Source of the DNA: an uncultured Eubacteriales bacterium
GTDB taxonomy: Bacteria; Bacillota; Clostridia; Oscillospirales; CAG-272
Direction of reading: 5' to 3'
Assembly (NCBI GenBank): GCA_949747515.1
Contig: CATKFO010000086.1
Span: forward strand, 1,208 to 65,207
DNA length: 64,000 nucleotides
This document shows positions 39,930-48,877 of this stretch, one piece after another. A program made the position numbers and the translations under genes. The notes beneath the pieces were generated by a model. The model saw only the letters and a program-made list of their open reading frames with translations, was not told the DNA's origin and searched no databases. Within the stretch, counting starts at the first letter, position 1. Each line of letters starts with the position of its first letter.

Positions 39930-40700
39930 TCATAACTTTCTTGCCTTAAACAAAACCGAAATGGGCAGCATTTTTGCTTTCTTTGCTTTATCGCTGATAT
40001 TTCCTTCTGCTTGCATTGTCGCCTCATCGGTCTGCTCAACCATTTGTTCGATTACAAATCCAGCCTTTGCCAAAGCGTTAACATAGGTGGATATTTTTCG
40101 GTTGCACAACATGATCTCACTATCGTCCGCCGGCATTCTGAAATAGGATTCATCAAAATAACTTTTGTTCATCACTAATGCGTTATTTTCGATCACATCT
40201 TTCCGTTCATCGCAAGACCATGCGATGCAGTAATTGAGCGGATGATGCCAACTAAAAATGAAGACGCCGTCTTTTTTCAGATATGAGGCGATCTTTTGGA
40301 AAGTACCATCCAGATCTGTCGTCCATCCGATTCCATAAATAGAGTATACAAAATCGAAATAATCTTTTGGAATATCCATATCAGCTTCCATGGGAGAGCA
40401 AATGAGATTTGCGGTATAACCGTTATCGCTCAAATACTGTTTGGCATTTTCAAGCTGTTTATGAGAAATATCTACGCCCCATAATTCGCCGGCGTTTCTG
40501 TCCGCATTATATTTCAAGGAATGGCCGCTGCCACAGCAAAGTTCAAGCATTTTTCTGCCCGAAACATCACCGAACAGGTGTAACTCATTCTCGGTTACAA
40601 AATGTACTCCGTATGTAGGAAGCGCTGTAGTTCCAAACCACAAATCTGCGTAAGTATCCCAGTAATGCTTATTTGTTTTTAATATTTCATCTCTGTTCAT
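39930..40700 (-). CDS. Class I SAM-dependent methyltransferase
   Basis: Motif I LELCCGSGHS, post-I WGVDIS, and AAGGAG upstream of the ATG. Confidence 0.8.
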   Translation of the reverse strand: MNRDEILKTNKHYWDTYADLWFGTTALPTYGVHFVTENELHLFGDVSGRKMLELCCGSGHSLKYNADRNAGELWGVDISHKQLENAKQYLSDNGYTANLICSPMEADMDIPKDYFDFVYSIYGIGWTTDLDGTFQKIASYLKKDGVFIFSWHHPLNYCIAWSCDERKDVIENNALVMNKSYFDESYFRMPADDSEIMLCNRKISTYVNALAKAGFVIEQMVEQTDEATMQAEGNISDKAKKAKMLPISVLFKARKL

Positions 40701-40771
40701 TTTATTTTCTCCTTAGCATCATAAAGGTTTAAAATTGACAAACTATTATAGATGTCTGCGAACTCTCTATT

Positions 40772-40809
40772 ATATATGTTGTCTCCAAATATATATGTTG
40801 TCTCCAAAT
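40772..40809. repeat. Perfect tandem duplication of the 19-bp unit ATATATGTTGTCTCCAAAT
   Basis: Read directly: 40772-40790 is identical to 40791-40809. Confidence 0.95.
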
Positions 40810-41251
40810 TTGGCTTCCATTGTTTTTTCCCTTCTAAGGGGCGTGAGCAGGGATAAACTTGTGTGAAAGCGTATAAATAGATAAGACGGATAAATTGCGA
40901 TAAACACTTTGTTTTCAAGACATTTGGAGAAATTTAAATTCATTTTATAACGAGTGGTAACAGCATTAGATTTTGACGGCTTCAAATTCGTATTTATATA
41001 TATCTTTAAGCAAATAAAGCATATCACAAAAATGCGAAAAATTCTACCAGCCGTGCGTTATCGGTTCAATAATAAATCATCAAACTTCACAATCGTTTAT
41101 GTCTGCGCCTTACAAGCTTTCATTCGCCGTATTCATTTCAGCTGGTTGGCGAATTTCAGTCTTTCGATAATCCCTCGCTCTCTGCCAGTTGATTCATAAG
41201 GCGGTAAAAAATTTTCTGAGCCTGTTGAATTATATATCGCGTTATGATTTA

Positions 41252-41280
41252 TTGACAAAATAAACGAGTTCTGCTAAAAT
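41252..41280 (+). promoter_or_regulatory. Promoter of the 1-phosphofructokinase gene
   Basis: TTGACA-17 nt-TAAAAT. Confidence 0.5.
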
Positions 41281-41318
41281 ATGATATTAAAAAGGATATA
41301 TAAAATCAGGAGAAAATA

Positions 41319-42254
41319 ATGATATATACTATGACGCTTAACCCGGCTCTTGATTATATCATTGATATAGAATCGCTTTCGACGGAAAATATAAACAGAG
41401 CGAAAAAAGAGCGTCTTTATCCAGGAGGAAAGGGAATAAACGTATCAATTGTTTTGACTCGTCTCGGAATTGAAAATACCGCGCTTGGCTTTCTTGCGGG
41501 ATTTTCAGGCAGGCGTCTTGAAGAAATGCTGATCGAAGATAAAATAAAGGCGGATTTCGTATATCTTGCGTCGGGAGATACCCGCATAAACGTAAAAATA
41601 AGATCTGAGATCGAGCTCGACGTTAACGCGAGCGGACCGAACATTTTGGAGGACGACGTTGAAAGGCTGCTCGAAAAATGCGATATGTTATCGAGCGGAG
41701 ACTTTATCGTTCTTTCAGGTTCTATACCTCCGTCGGCGCCCGACAATTTATACGACAGAATACTTTCCCGCGTCTCCTCAAGAGGATGCGAAGCGGTCGT
41801 GGACGCGGAAGGCGATTTGCTGCTCGGATCCCTGAAATATAAGCCGTTTCTTATTAAGCCCAATCATAAGGAATTGGGCGCTATTTTTTCTGACGACGCG
41901 GATACGTTAGGCAAGACGATCGACTACGCCGTCAGGTTGAAAAATATGGGAGCGAGAAACGTTATTGTGTCGCGCGCTGAAAACGGCGCCGTACTTGTAG
42001 ACGAACGCGGCGTCGTTACATCTGTAGAAGCAGCTCGGGGAGAATTCGTAAGCTCGGCCGGATGCGGGGATTCTATGATCGCAGGATTTCTCGCCGGCTA
42101 TGTGAAAAGTGAAAGCTTTGAGGATGCTCTCCGTCTCGGGGCGGCTTGCGGAAGCGCGACAGCTTTTTCACACGGTCTTGCGAAAACGGAGAAAATTGAG
42201 AAAATAATGCTTGAAAGGGCGGTTGAGATAAAACGGGCGGGCTCGATATTTTAA
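41319..42254 (+). CDS. fruK: 1-phosphofructokinase / PfkB-family sugar kinase
   Basis: MIYTMTLNPALDY... and GGKGINVS, with C-terminal GCGDSMIAGF (PfkB signature 2). No fruR or PTS fruA gene is adjacent. Confidence 0.8.
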   Translation: MIYTMTLNPALDYIIDIESLSTENINRAKKERLYPGGKGINVSIVLTRLGIENTALGFLAGFSGRRLEEMLIEDKIKADFVYLASGDTRINVKIRSEIELDVNASGPNILEDDVERLLEKCDMLSSGDFIVLSGSIPPSAPDNLYDRILSRVSSRGCEAVVDAEGDLLLGSLKYKPFLIKPNHKELGAIFSDDADTLGKTIDYAVRLKNMGARNVIVSRAENGAVLVDERGVVTSVEAARGEFVSSAGCGDSMIAGFLAGYVKSESFEDALRLGAACGSATAFSHGLAKTEKIEKIMLERAVEIKRAGSIF

Positions 42255-42384
42255 TAAGCCTACTATTTTATCTTGTTCTGTATGACGACCGAAACCTTAC
42301 GTTTGTTTTACCGTCCTGTATCGGATGAAGAGAATACTCGGGATAAGAAGAAACATCCGAATTAAGATAGAAGGAGAATAAAAT

Positions 42385-42957
42385 ATGGGCGAAAGGCCGG
42401 ATTTAAATAAAAATTTAGACAGCGGGATATTTCGCAATTTTTATTACTTAAAGGAAGAATTGATTGATTTCTGCAAGAAAAATGGATTGCCTGTTACCGG
42501 AGGAAAAATAGATATAACGAATAGGATCGCTCATTTTCTTGACACAGGCGAAGTTTTACCTTCTGCACCGACAAAGAAAAAGGCGCCGGCAATATCCTGC
42601 GTTAGTTTAGACGCGGCAATTGAATCTGATTTTGTTTGTTCAGAGATTCATAGAGAGTTTTTCAAAAAGCATATCGGAAATAGTTTTTCTTTTAACGTCG
42701 CTTTTCAAAAATGGCTGAAAATTAACGCGGGAAAAACATATGCCGAGGCGATTGAGGCTTATTATCAAATACTGGACGAGAAGAAAAAAAGTAAAACAAA
42801 AATTGATAAACAATTTGAATACAATACCTATATAAGGGATTTTTTTGCGGATAATAAGGGACGATCTTTGGAGGAAGCAATTAAGTGCTGGAAGTACAAA
42901 AAGCAACTGCAGGGACATAACCGATATGAGAAATCGGATCTGATAGCTATAGAATAA
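42385..42957 (+). CDS. Hypothetical protein with an N-terminal SAP-like helix-extended-helix motif
   Basis: YYLKEELIDFCKKNGLPVTGGKIDITNRIAHFLDTGE resembles a SAP motif. The remainder is lysine-rich and AT-rich. Confidence 0.55.
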   Translation: MGERPDLNKNLDSGIFRNFYYLKEELIDFCKKNGLPVTGGKIDITNRIAHFLDTGEVLPSAPTKKKAPAISCVSLDAAIESDFVCSEIHREFFKKHIGNSFSFNVAFQKWLKINAGKTYAEAIEAYYQILDEKKKSKTKIDKQFEYNTYIRDFFADNKGRSLEEAIKCWKYKKQLQGHNRYEKSDLIAIE

Positions 42958-43044
42958 TATTTTTTGCCTGTGCGCGTTTTGACATAATATTTTTCAAGGC
43001 GCGTTTATCAATACGAAAAGAACAAATGATATTGACTTTGATTG

Positions 43045-43073
43045 TTGAAAACAGACGCGCTTCATGGTATAAT
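43045..43073 (+). promoter_or_regulatory. Strong consensus-like promoter with no ORF immediately downstream
   Basis: TTGAAA-17 nt-TATAAT with a TGg extended -10. Confidence 0.6.
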
Positions 43074-43079
43074 AAACGC

Positions 43080-43294
43080 GGAAACATTACTGCGTAAATT
43101 TTTGCGGTTTCCGCCGCGCCCGCGCGAAGCTCAGAGCATAGACGAATAAAATTGGCGTAACAAAATAATTAGAATTTTGCGCAAGCTTTTTAAATGATTG
43201 CGGATTTTCAAGGCGAAGCGCCTGAACCGACCTCGTCGGAGGACAAAATCACTACTTCCGCACAGGGGTAGTAATTTGTCCGTTTTGATATTTT
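43080..43294 (+). ncRNA. Candidate ~215-nt structured RNA (orphan sRNA or riboswitch-like leader) running from the promoter to a terminator-like hairpin
   Basis: Hairpins GCGGAAAC...GTTTCCGC, GGCGaagCGCC and CCGACctcGTCGG, then the long stem GGACAAAATCACTAC...GGTAGTAATTTGTCC followed by GTTTTGATATTTT. It has no ORF and no match to riboswitch cores I know. Confidence 0.35.
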
Positions 43295-43479
43295 AGATAG
43301 AAATTGTTTTAAATTTGAGCGCAGCCTCGCTGCGCGGCAATAAACAAGGAATTTTATCGACGGCGGAAATCATATTTATAACCGACCATGTCTACTTAAA
43401 ATGAGAATCTGCGTTTATATATCGATTTGATTGAGCGTGAAGAAAGTTTAAAATAAGCTGCAATAACGGAGGATATCGT

Positions 43480-44229
43480 ATGCATTCGGTGGGCAGAAAC
43501 CGCGCGATACTAGGCGTTCTCGGTGGGCTTGGTCCACTGTCAAGCGCATATTTTTACGAGCTGATTACGGAGCATACGGCGGCGTCGCGCGATCAGGACC
43601 ATATAGATATAATTTTGTCAAGCCGCGCCACAACTCCGGATCGCACCGCGTACATACTCGGAGAGTCTGACGACGATCCTCTGCCATATATGGTGGAGGA
43701 CGCAAAACTTCTCGAGAGGTACGGAGCCGACGCAATCGTTATTCCATGCAATACCGCCCATTACTTTATTGAAGAAATTCGCCGCTCCGTATCTGTTCCA
43801 GTGCCTAGTATTATTACCGAAACGGCGGAGCATGTAAAACGATGCGGATATAAAAGGGCGTGCGTGCTGGCCACCCGCGGAACGATTTCATCCGGCTCGT
43901 ATCAGGATGAATTCGACCGTCTCGGAATTGAGTGGGAAATCCCGGATGAAGAGGGGCAGGATCGCATTATGGATATAATTTACGGAGATGTAAAAAGGGG
44001 AGAAACGCCGCGTCCGGAAAAGCTGTTCGCCGTAGCCGATCCTATGTTTGAAAAGGGGTGCGATTGCGCTATTCTTGGATGCACGGAGCTTTCAGTACTT
44101 AAACGGCGATTTAAAAAAGACGTCAGGTACGTGGATTCTTTGGAAGTATTAGCGGCGGCGGCTATTCGAATGTTTGGACATGAGATCACGGGATTTACTC
44201 CCGACTTTGACGTGAAATGCGTGAAATAG
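43480..44229 (+). CDS. Asp/Glu/hydantoin-racemase superfamily protein (aspartate-racemase-like)
   Basis: GVLGGLGPLSS, with both catalytic Cys contexts IPCNTAHYF and LGCTEL. Confidence 0.85.
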   Translation: MHSVGRNRAILGVLGGLGPLSSAYFYELITEHTAASRDQDHIDIILSSRATTPDRTAYILGESDDDPLPYMVEDAKLLERYGADAIVIPCNTAHYFIEEIRRSVSVPVPSIITETAEHVKRCGYKRACVLATRGTISSGSYQDEFDRLGIEWEIPDEEGQDRIMDIIYGDVKRGETPRPEKLFAVADPMFEKGCDCAILGCTELSVLKRRFKKDVRYVDSLEVLAAAAIRMFGHEITGFTPDFDVKCVK

Positions 44230-45695
44230 CTCTTTCGGAACTTTTTCCGGCATGCGATTCAATTTGCGGAACGGATAATGAAAAGTGTAAGAATACGTTC
44301 GTCTCGCGTATAGAGCATGACTTTCGAAAGACTCGTCCCGGCGAACTGTACGTATGCCTTCCCGCTTCCGATGATTTTGAAATCGAAGCGGCGTACGCTG
44401 CGGGGACCCGGGTTTTTCTATGTGAAAACGACGCGCGTCTTCCGGACGACGCAGTTATTATAAGAACTGCCGACGTTAAAGTATCGACGGCGGAAAGCGC
44501 CGCTCTGTTTTACGGCCGCCCTGCCGAACATATAAAGCTAATCGCTTTCTGCGGATCGGCAGGCTCCGGAAAGACTTCATCCGCGCTGCTTTTTTGCGGC
44601 TTAATGGAAAAATTAGGCTCGAGCTGCGCTTACATAGGATCGGATGGAGTCGTCGTATGCGGCGAATTAACGGAAAATTTTATATCTTCATCTTTTGAAA
44701 GCATTGAACTTCACCACGCTCTGTCGCTTCTGTATACTCTCGGAACGGAATACGCGGCGGTTGAAATTACTGAGGAATTACTTGAAAAAGAAGTTTTTTA
44801 CGGACTGGAATTTGAAAGCGTCGTTTATTTGGATTCGCAATGCGCGAAATATAATGTAGTTGGAAAATTTAAAGCGTATGTTTCAGAAAAAAACGGTGAA
44901 GCGACGGCAAGTTTAAAAGAAGGGGACCGCGGGGTTATGATCAGCTCGACAAACGCGAGATCTGATCGAAAGAACAATTTTATTGGACAAAGTTTTACGG
45001 CGATCGTCGAGGAAAAAGATTTAGACAGTTCAGTCTGTTTGCTCGAGAGTTCGTATAATGTTTTCGTCCCGTCTCCTTCGGCTGAAATCGTCAGATTTGC
45101 GTCTGCGGCGGCTATATCGGCTATAAGCCAAGGCGCTGCGGCGGAGGATGTTTTTGAACTTCTTCAGCACGTAACTGTCCCAGGGAGAATGGAGGTAATA
45201 CCCGGGGAAGATAGCGGAACCGTATTTATAATAGATCGAGCTTATACGGGGGATATGCTTGAGCGCGCCCTTTGTTCCGTTCGTCCGTATGTTGCGTCGT
45301 CGGGCAAATTGATATGCGTTTTCGGAGCCGCGGGAGAACGGTATAAAGAGCGGCGGCGTGGACTTGCCGAAGCGGCTTCAAAATTGTCTGATCTATCGAT
45401 AATAACTGAAGAAAATCCGGATTTTGAATCGCCCGACGATATTGCCGCGGAGCTAGCGTCTTATTACGGCGCGACTACGGAGTATAAGATAATTAACGAT
45501 AGAGAACAAGCGGTTCGATACGCTGTTAGAGAAGCGTCGTGCGGAGACGCGGTTCTTTTCGCCGGCAAAGGACTTGAAAATTATCAGCTTAAGAGGGGAA
45601 TAAAACGCAGATTCATTGAGCGGGAGATAATTCGCGACGAGACGTTAGCTATTAAAACTGAAAATTTATGGTCGGCTAATTTAAAAAAATTATGA
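44217..45695 (+). CDS. Mur-ligase-family protein, MurE-like architecture with degenerate central-domain catalytic motifs
   Basis: Three-domain MurE-like layout with C-terminal motifs retained (PGRME, GAAGER, AGKG). The central motifs diverge (GSAGSGKTS, VEITEELL, VVYLDSQCAKYN). The ATG overlaps the racemase stop by 13 nt. Confidence 0.7.
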   Translation: MREIALSELFPACDSICGTDNEKCKNTFVSRIEHDFRKTRPGELYVCLPASDDFEIEAAYAAGTRVFLCENDARLPDDAVIIRTADVKVSTAESAALFYGRPAEHIKLIAFCGSAGSGKTSSALLFCGLMEKLGSSCAYIGSDGVVVCGELTENFISSSFESIELHHALSLLYTLGTEYAAVEITEELLEKEVFYGLEFESVVYLDSQCAKYNVVGKFKAYVSEKNGEATASLKEGDRGVMISSTNARSDRKNNFIGQSFTAIVEEKDLDSSVCLLESSYNVFVPSPSAEIVRFASAAAISAISQGAAAEDVFELLQHVTVPGRMEVIPGEDSGTVFIIDRAYTGDMLERALCSVRPYVASSGKLICVFGAAGERYKERRRGLAEAASKLSDLSIITEENPDFESPDDIAAELASYYGATTEYKIINDREQAVRYAVREASCGDAVLFAGKGLENYQLKRGIKRRFIEREIIRDETLAIKTENLWSANLKKL

Positions 45696-45802
45696 AATAA
45701 TATTGCAATTCGCGGCGCCGTATGCTATATTGTAGGCGTTTAGTACCCTTGTAAAAGCAATTCTTTAGCAACGTTAAAACGTTTAGAAAGGAATTCATAA
45801 TA

Positions 45803-47020
45803 ATGGCGGATAAATTTATTATTTCAATGTGGAACTATAAGACCGTATATGAGAGCCGGATAGAAGAAGTCGATTGGTGGGCGGACTGCGGAATCAACGC
45901 GCCGCAGAGCCCTACGGTTAACTGGGACGACTCAAAGGGGCTTGGTATTCTTACCGATTTTCTCGATCGAGCCCGGGAACGAGGAATTAAAATTATTGTT
46001 AACGTGCTAGGCCTTAGGGATTCGGATCTAAAAAAGATCGGCGAGAAGGAATATACCGAAAGGTTTATAAAAGCGTATTCAGTATTGAATCATCCGGCTT
46101 TGTTTGGATTTTTTGTGGGCGACGAGCCCGACGACGTTACGCTGCCGTATAGCTTGTCATGCGTGAAGATTCAAAAAAGAATTGCGCCTGAGCTGAGCCC
46201 GTATCTTAATTTTCACGCGCAGTTTCATAACGACGGCGAAAAGTACTTTGGAAAAAAATCGTTTGACGAGTGGATGAAGGATTTTGCCGGCGAAACGGGG
46301 GTCGAATTGTTTAGCTACGGAAATTACGAACAGGCGGCGGGAAGAATTACGTCCGATAGTTGCATGGAAGCTTCGTTTTCTAATCTAAGGCCTCTTGTGG
46401 AGGCGTCGGAGGCCGCGGGGATGGACTGCGTCAATACGCAGCTTTCAAGCGCGCATGTTTCATATAGAATTCAAAGCGAATATGATTTTACCTGGCAAAT
46501 TACCGTTCCGGCCGCTTGCGGTAGTCGAGGAGTGAGCTGGTTCAGATTTTACGATCGGCTGAACATTATAAACTATCACGGATCTCCTATAGACGAATTT
46601 GGAAATAAAACGGAATATTACTATCGGATGCTGCGAGCTAATCGCAGATTTTCTGCTCACTTTGGGGAAATTATTGTAAACCTTAAACGTACGGCGACGT
46701 ACTTTAACGAGAAAAGTTTCGGGGGATACGATCTGTTTAATGAAAAATCTCACGACGTTATAAAAAGCGTATTCACCGGCGGAGTGAACGTTATCGTAAG
46801 CTTTTTTGCCGACGATCAATCGAGAGAATATCTTTGTCTTGTAAACGCCGACTTTATTATACCGGCGCAAGTGAGAATCGGATACGATAGCCTCTCGTAC
46901 TCCCTTTATGAAATATTGCAGAACGGTCGAGTTGAAAACGAATATAACGATTCTTACGGCGACGGATTATGGCTTTATCCCGGACAGATGGCTCTCCTAA
47001 GAATTGACGGGAAACAGTAA
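45803..47020 (+). CDS. Hypothetical protein, possibly a TIM-barrel glycoside-hydrolase-like fold
   Basis: 405-aa intact ORF with its own TTGCAA-17-TATATT promoter. FFVGDEPD and the general pattern are reminiscent of GH42-like N-domains. This is a weak call. Confidence 0.4.
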   Translation: MADKFIISMWNYKTVYESRIEEVDWWADCGINAPQSPTVNWDDSKGLGILTDFLDRARERGIKIIVNVLGLRDSDLKKIGEKEYTERFIKAYSVLNHPALFGFFVGDEPDDVTLPYSLSCVKIQKRIAPELSPYLNFHAQFHNDGEKYFGKKSFDEWMKDFAGETGVELFSYGNYEQAAGRITSDSCMEASFSNLRPLVEASEAAGMDCVNTQLSSAHVSYRIQSEYDFTWQITVPAACGSRGVSWFRFYDRLNIINYHGSPIDEFGNKTEYYYRMLRANRRFSAHFGEIIVNLKRTATYFNEKSFGGYDLFNEKSHDVIKSVFTGGVNVIVSFFADDQSREYLCLVNADFIIPAQVRIGYDSLSYSLYEILQNGRVENEYNDSYGDGLWLYPGQMALLRIDGKQ

Positions 47021-47079
47021 TAAATATACCTAACGGCTTTTTCATGAAAATAACGTTTCGAATAAAGATTGAAAAACTA

Positions 47080-47108
47080 TTGACAAAACGGAAACGGTCG
47101 AGTATAAT
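47080..47108 (+). promoter_or_regulatory. Promoter of the T-box leader
   Basis: TTGACA-17 nt-TATAAT, a perfect consensus. Confidence 0.7.
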
Positions 47109-47114
47109 GACTTA

Positions 47115-47406
47115 TATAACCGATGATCGGAAGTAGTAGCATGTATCGATCGGCGTAAAAGCGAGTCGCGGAGAGTGGAAGCGCGGCCGTCGGGAACCTG
47201 CGAATGGCTCCGAGAGGGCGATCCGAAAGCAATTCGCGCATTCTCCGCGCAGACTGTCAGTAGGCTAGACGCGATCCGCGCGTTATAGCGGCGGCGTATG
47301 AAAAGATTAGTAATGCGTCCGAACGAGAGCGTCGTCCCGCGACGGCGAATTTAGGTGGCACCGCAGAAGCTTACGCTCCTGTCCTAATTTGGACGGGAGC
47401 TTTTTT
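47115..47406 (+). promoter_or_regulatory. T-box leader with a probable Trp (UGG) specifier and an intrinsic terminator
   Basis: Conserved T-box AATTTAGGTGGCACCGCAG at 47349-47366. Stem-I elements AGTAGTAG/GAGAGTGGAA. Candidate specifier GAA-TGG-C at 47205-47207. Terminator GCTCCTGTCC-taattt-GGACGGGAGC + TTTTTT (47375-47406). Confidence 0.85.
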
Positions 47407-47500
47407 CATTAATACGCTGATAGTAATAAAAATTTTCTCCGAGTCGGAGACGTCGGTAAATAACGCTACTTTATTTCATAAATTATTGAGGAGGCGCCGT

Positions 47501-48877
47501 ATGAGCACGAAAGAAATTCCATACAAAATATATCTTAACGAGAACGAGATTCCTAAAGAATGGTACAACGTACGAGCGGACATGAAGAACAAGCCGGCTC
47601 CTCTTCTGAATCCCGCCACGCTGAATCCTATTACGGCGGAGGAACTGTCCGCAGTTTTCTGCGAGGAGCTTGTAAAGCAGGAACTTGACGACGATACGGC
47701 GTATTTCCCGATACCTGAGGAAATCAGAAATTTCTATAAAATGTATCGTCCGTCCCCGCTTGTGAGAGCGTATTGCTTGGAGAAGGAGCTCGACACTCCC
47801 GCTCATATATACTATAAGTTTGAAGGCAATAATACCTCTGGAAGCCATAAGCTGAATTCCGCTATCGCTCAGGCGTATTATGCAAAGGAGCAGGGACTTA
47901 AAGGGGTGACTACTGAAACCGGAGCGGGGCAATGGGGAACCGCGCTTTCTATGGCGTGTTCCTATTTCGGTCTTGACTGCCGCGTGTTCATGGTCAAGGT
48001 GTCTTACGAGCAAAAGCCGCATCGCCGCGAGGTTATGCGTACTTATGGAGCCAACGTTACGCCTTCTCCGTCCATGGAGACTGAAGTCGGACGTAAGATA
48101 AACGCGGAATTTCCGGGAACGAACGGAAGCCTTGGCTGCGCGATTTCGGAAGCAGTCGAGGCCGCTACCTCAAACGAGGGGTACCGATACGCGCTCGGTT
48201 CCGTCCTGTCTCAGGTAATGCTCCATCAGTCGATTATAGGACTTGAGACCAAAGCGGCTCTCGATAAATACGGCGTAAAACCGGATATTATAATCGGATG
48301 CGCCGGAGGCGGATCGAACCTGGGCGGACTTATCGCTCCGTTTATGGGAGAAAAGCTTCGAGGGGAAGCTGATTATCGGTTTATCGCAGTTGAAACCGCG
48401 TCGTGTCCGAGCCTTACCAGAGGCCGGTACGTTTACGACTTCTGCGATACGGGAAAAGTTTGTCCTCTTGCAAAAATGTATACTCTGGGCAGCGGCTTTA
48501 TGCCTTCTCCCAGCCATGCGGGGGGGCTTCGGTATCACGGCATGAGCAGCGCGCTTTCTCAGCTTTACCACGACGGATTTATGGAGGCGAGAAGCGTAGG
48601 TCAGACTGAAGTTTTTGACGCCGGCGTTCAGTTTGCGCGCGTGGAAGGAATTCTTCCTGCTCCAGAGAGCAACCATGCTATTCGCTGCGCTATCGACGAA
48701 GCTCTAAAATGCCGCGAGACCGGCGAAGAAAAGAACATTGTGTTCGGACTGACAGGCACGGGATATTTTGATCTTGTTGCGTACGGTAAATATAACGACG
48801 GAACGATGAGCGACTATGTTCCTACGGAAGACGATCTTGCGAAGGGATTCGCGGGGCTTCCGAATGTAAACGAATAA
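47501..48877 (+). CDS. trpB: TrpB-like PLP-dependent enzyme (tryptophan synthase beta, TrpB2 type), stand-alone
   Basis: 458 aa from ATG 47501 (GAGGAGG upstream). PLP-lysine context GSHKLNSA, the GGGSN loop, and the long N-terminal extension typical of TrpB2. No trpA is adjacent. Confidence 0.85.
   Translation: MSTKEIPYKIYLNENEIPKEWYNVRADMKNKPAPLLNPATLNPITAEELSAVFCEELVKQELDDDTAYFPIPEEIRNFYKMYRPSPLVRAYCLEKELDTPAHIYYKFEGNNTSGSHKLNSAIAQAYYAKEQGLKGVTTETGAGQWGTALSMACSYFGLDCRVFMVKVSYEQKPHRREVMRTYGANVTPSPSMETEVGRKINAEFPGTNGSLGCAISEAVEAATSNEGYRYALGSVLSQVMLHQSIIGLETKAALDKYGVKPDIIIGCAGGGSNLGGLIAPFMGEKLRGEADYRFIAVETASCPSLTRGRYVYDFCDTGKVCPLAKMYTLGSGFMPSPSHAGGLRYHGMSSALSQLYHDGFMEARSVGQTEVFDAGVQFARVEGILPAPESNHAIRCAIDEALKCRETGEEKNIVFGLTGTGYFDLVAYGKYNDGTMSDYVPTEDDLAKGFAGLPNVNE

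Noticed and set aside
40697-41199. Three tracked ORFs (73, 85 and 81 aa) in the 0.6-kb spacer upstream of fruK
   Set aside because: They are mutually overlapping and AT-rich, with hydrophobic or low-complexity translations and no SD or motifs.
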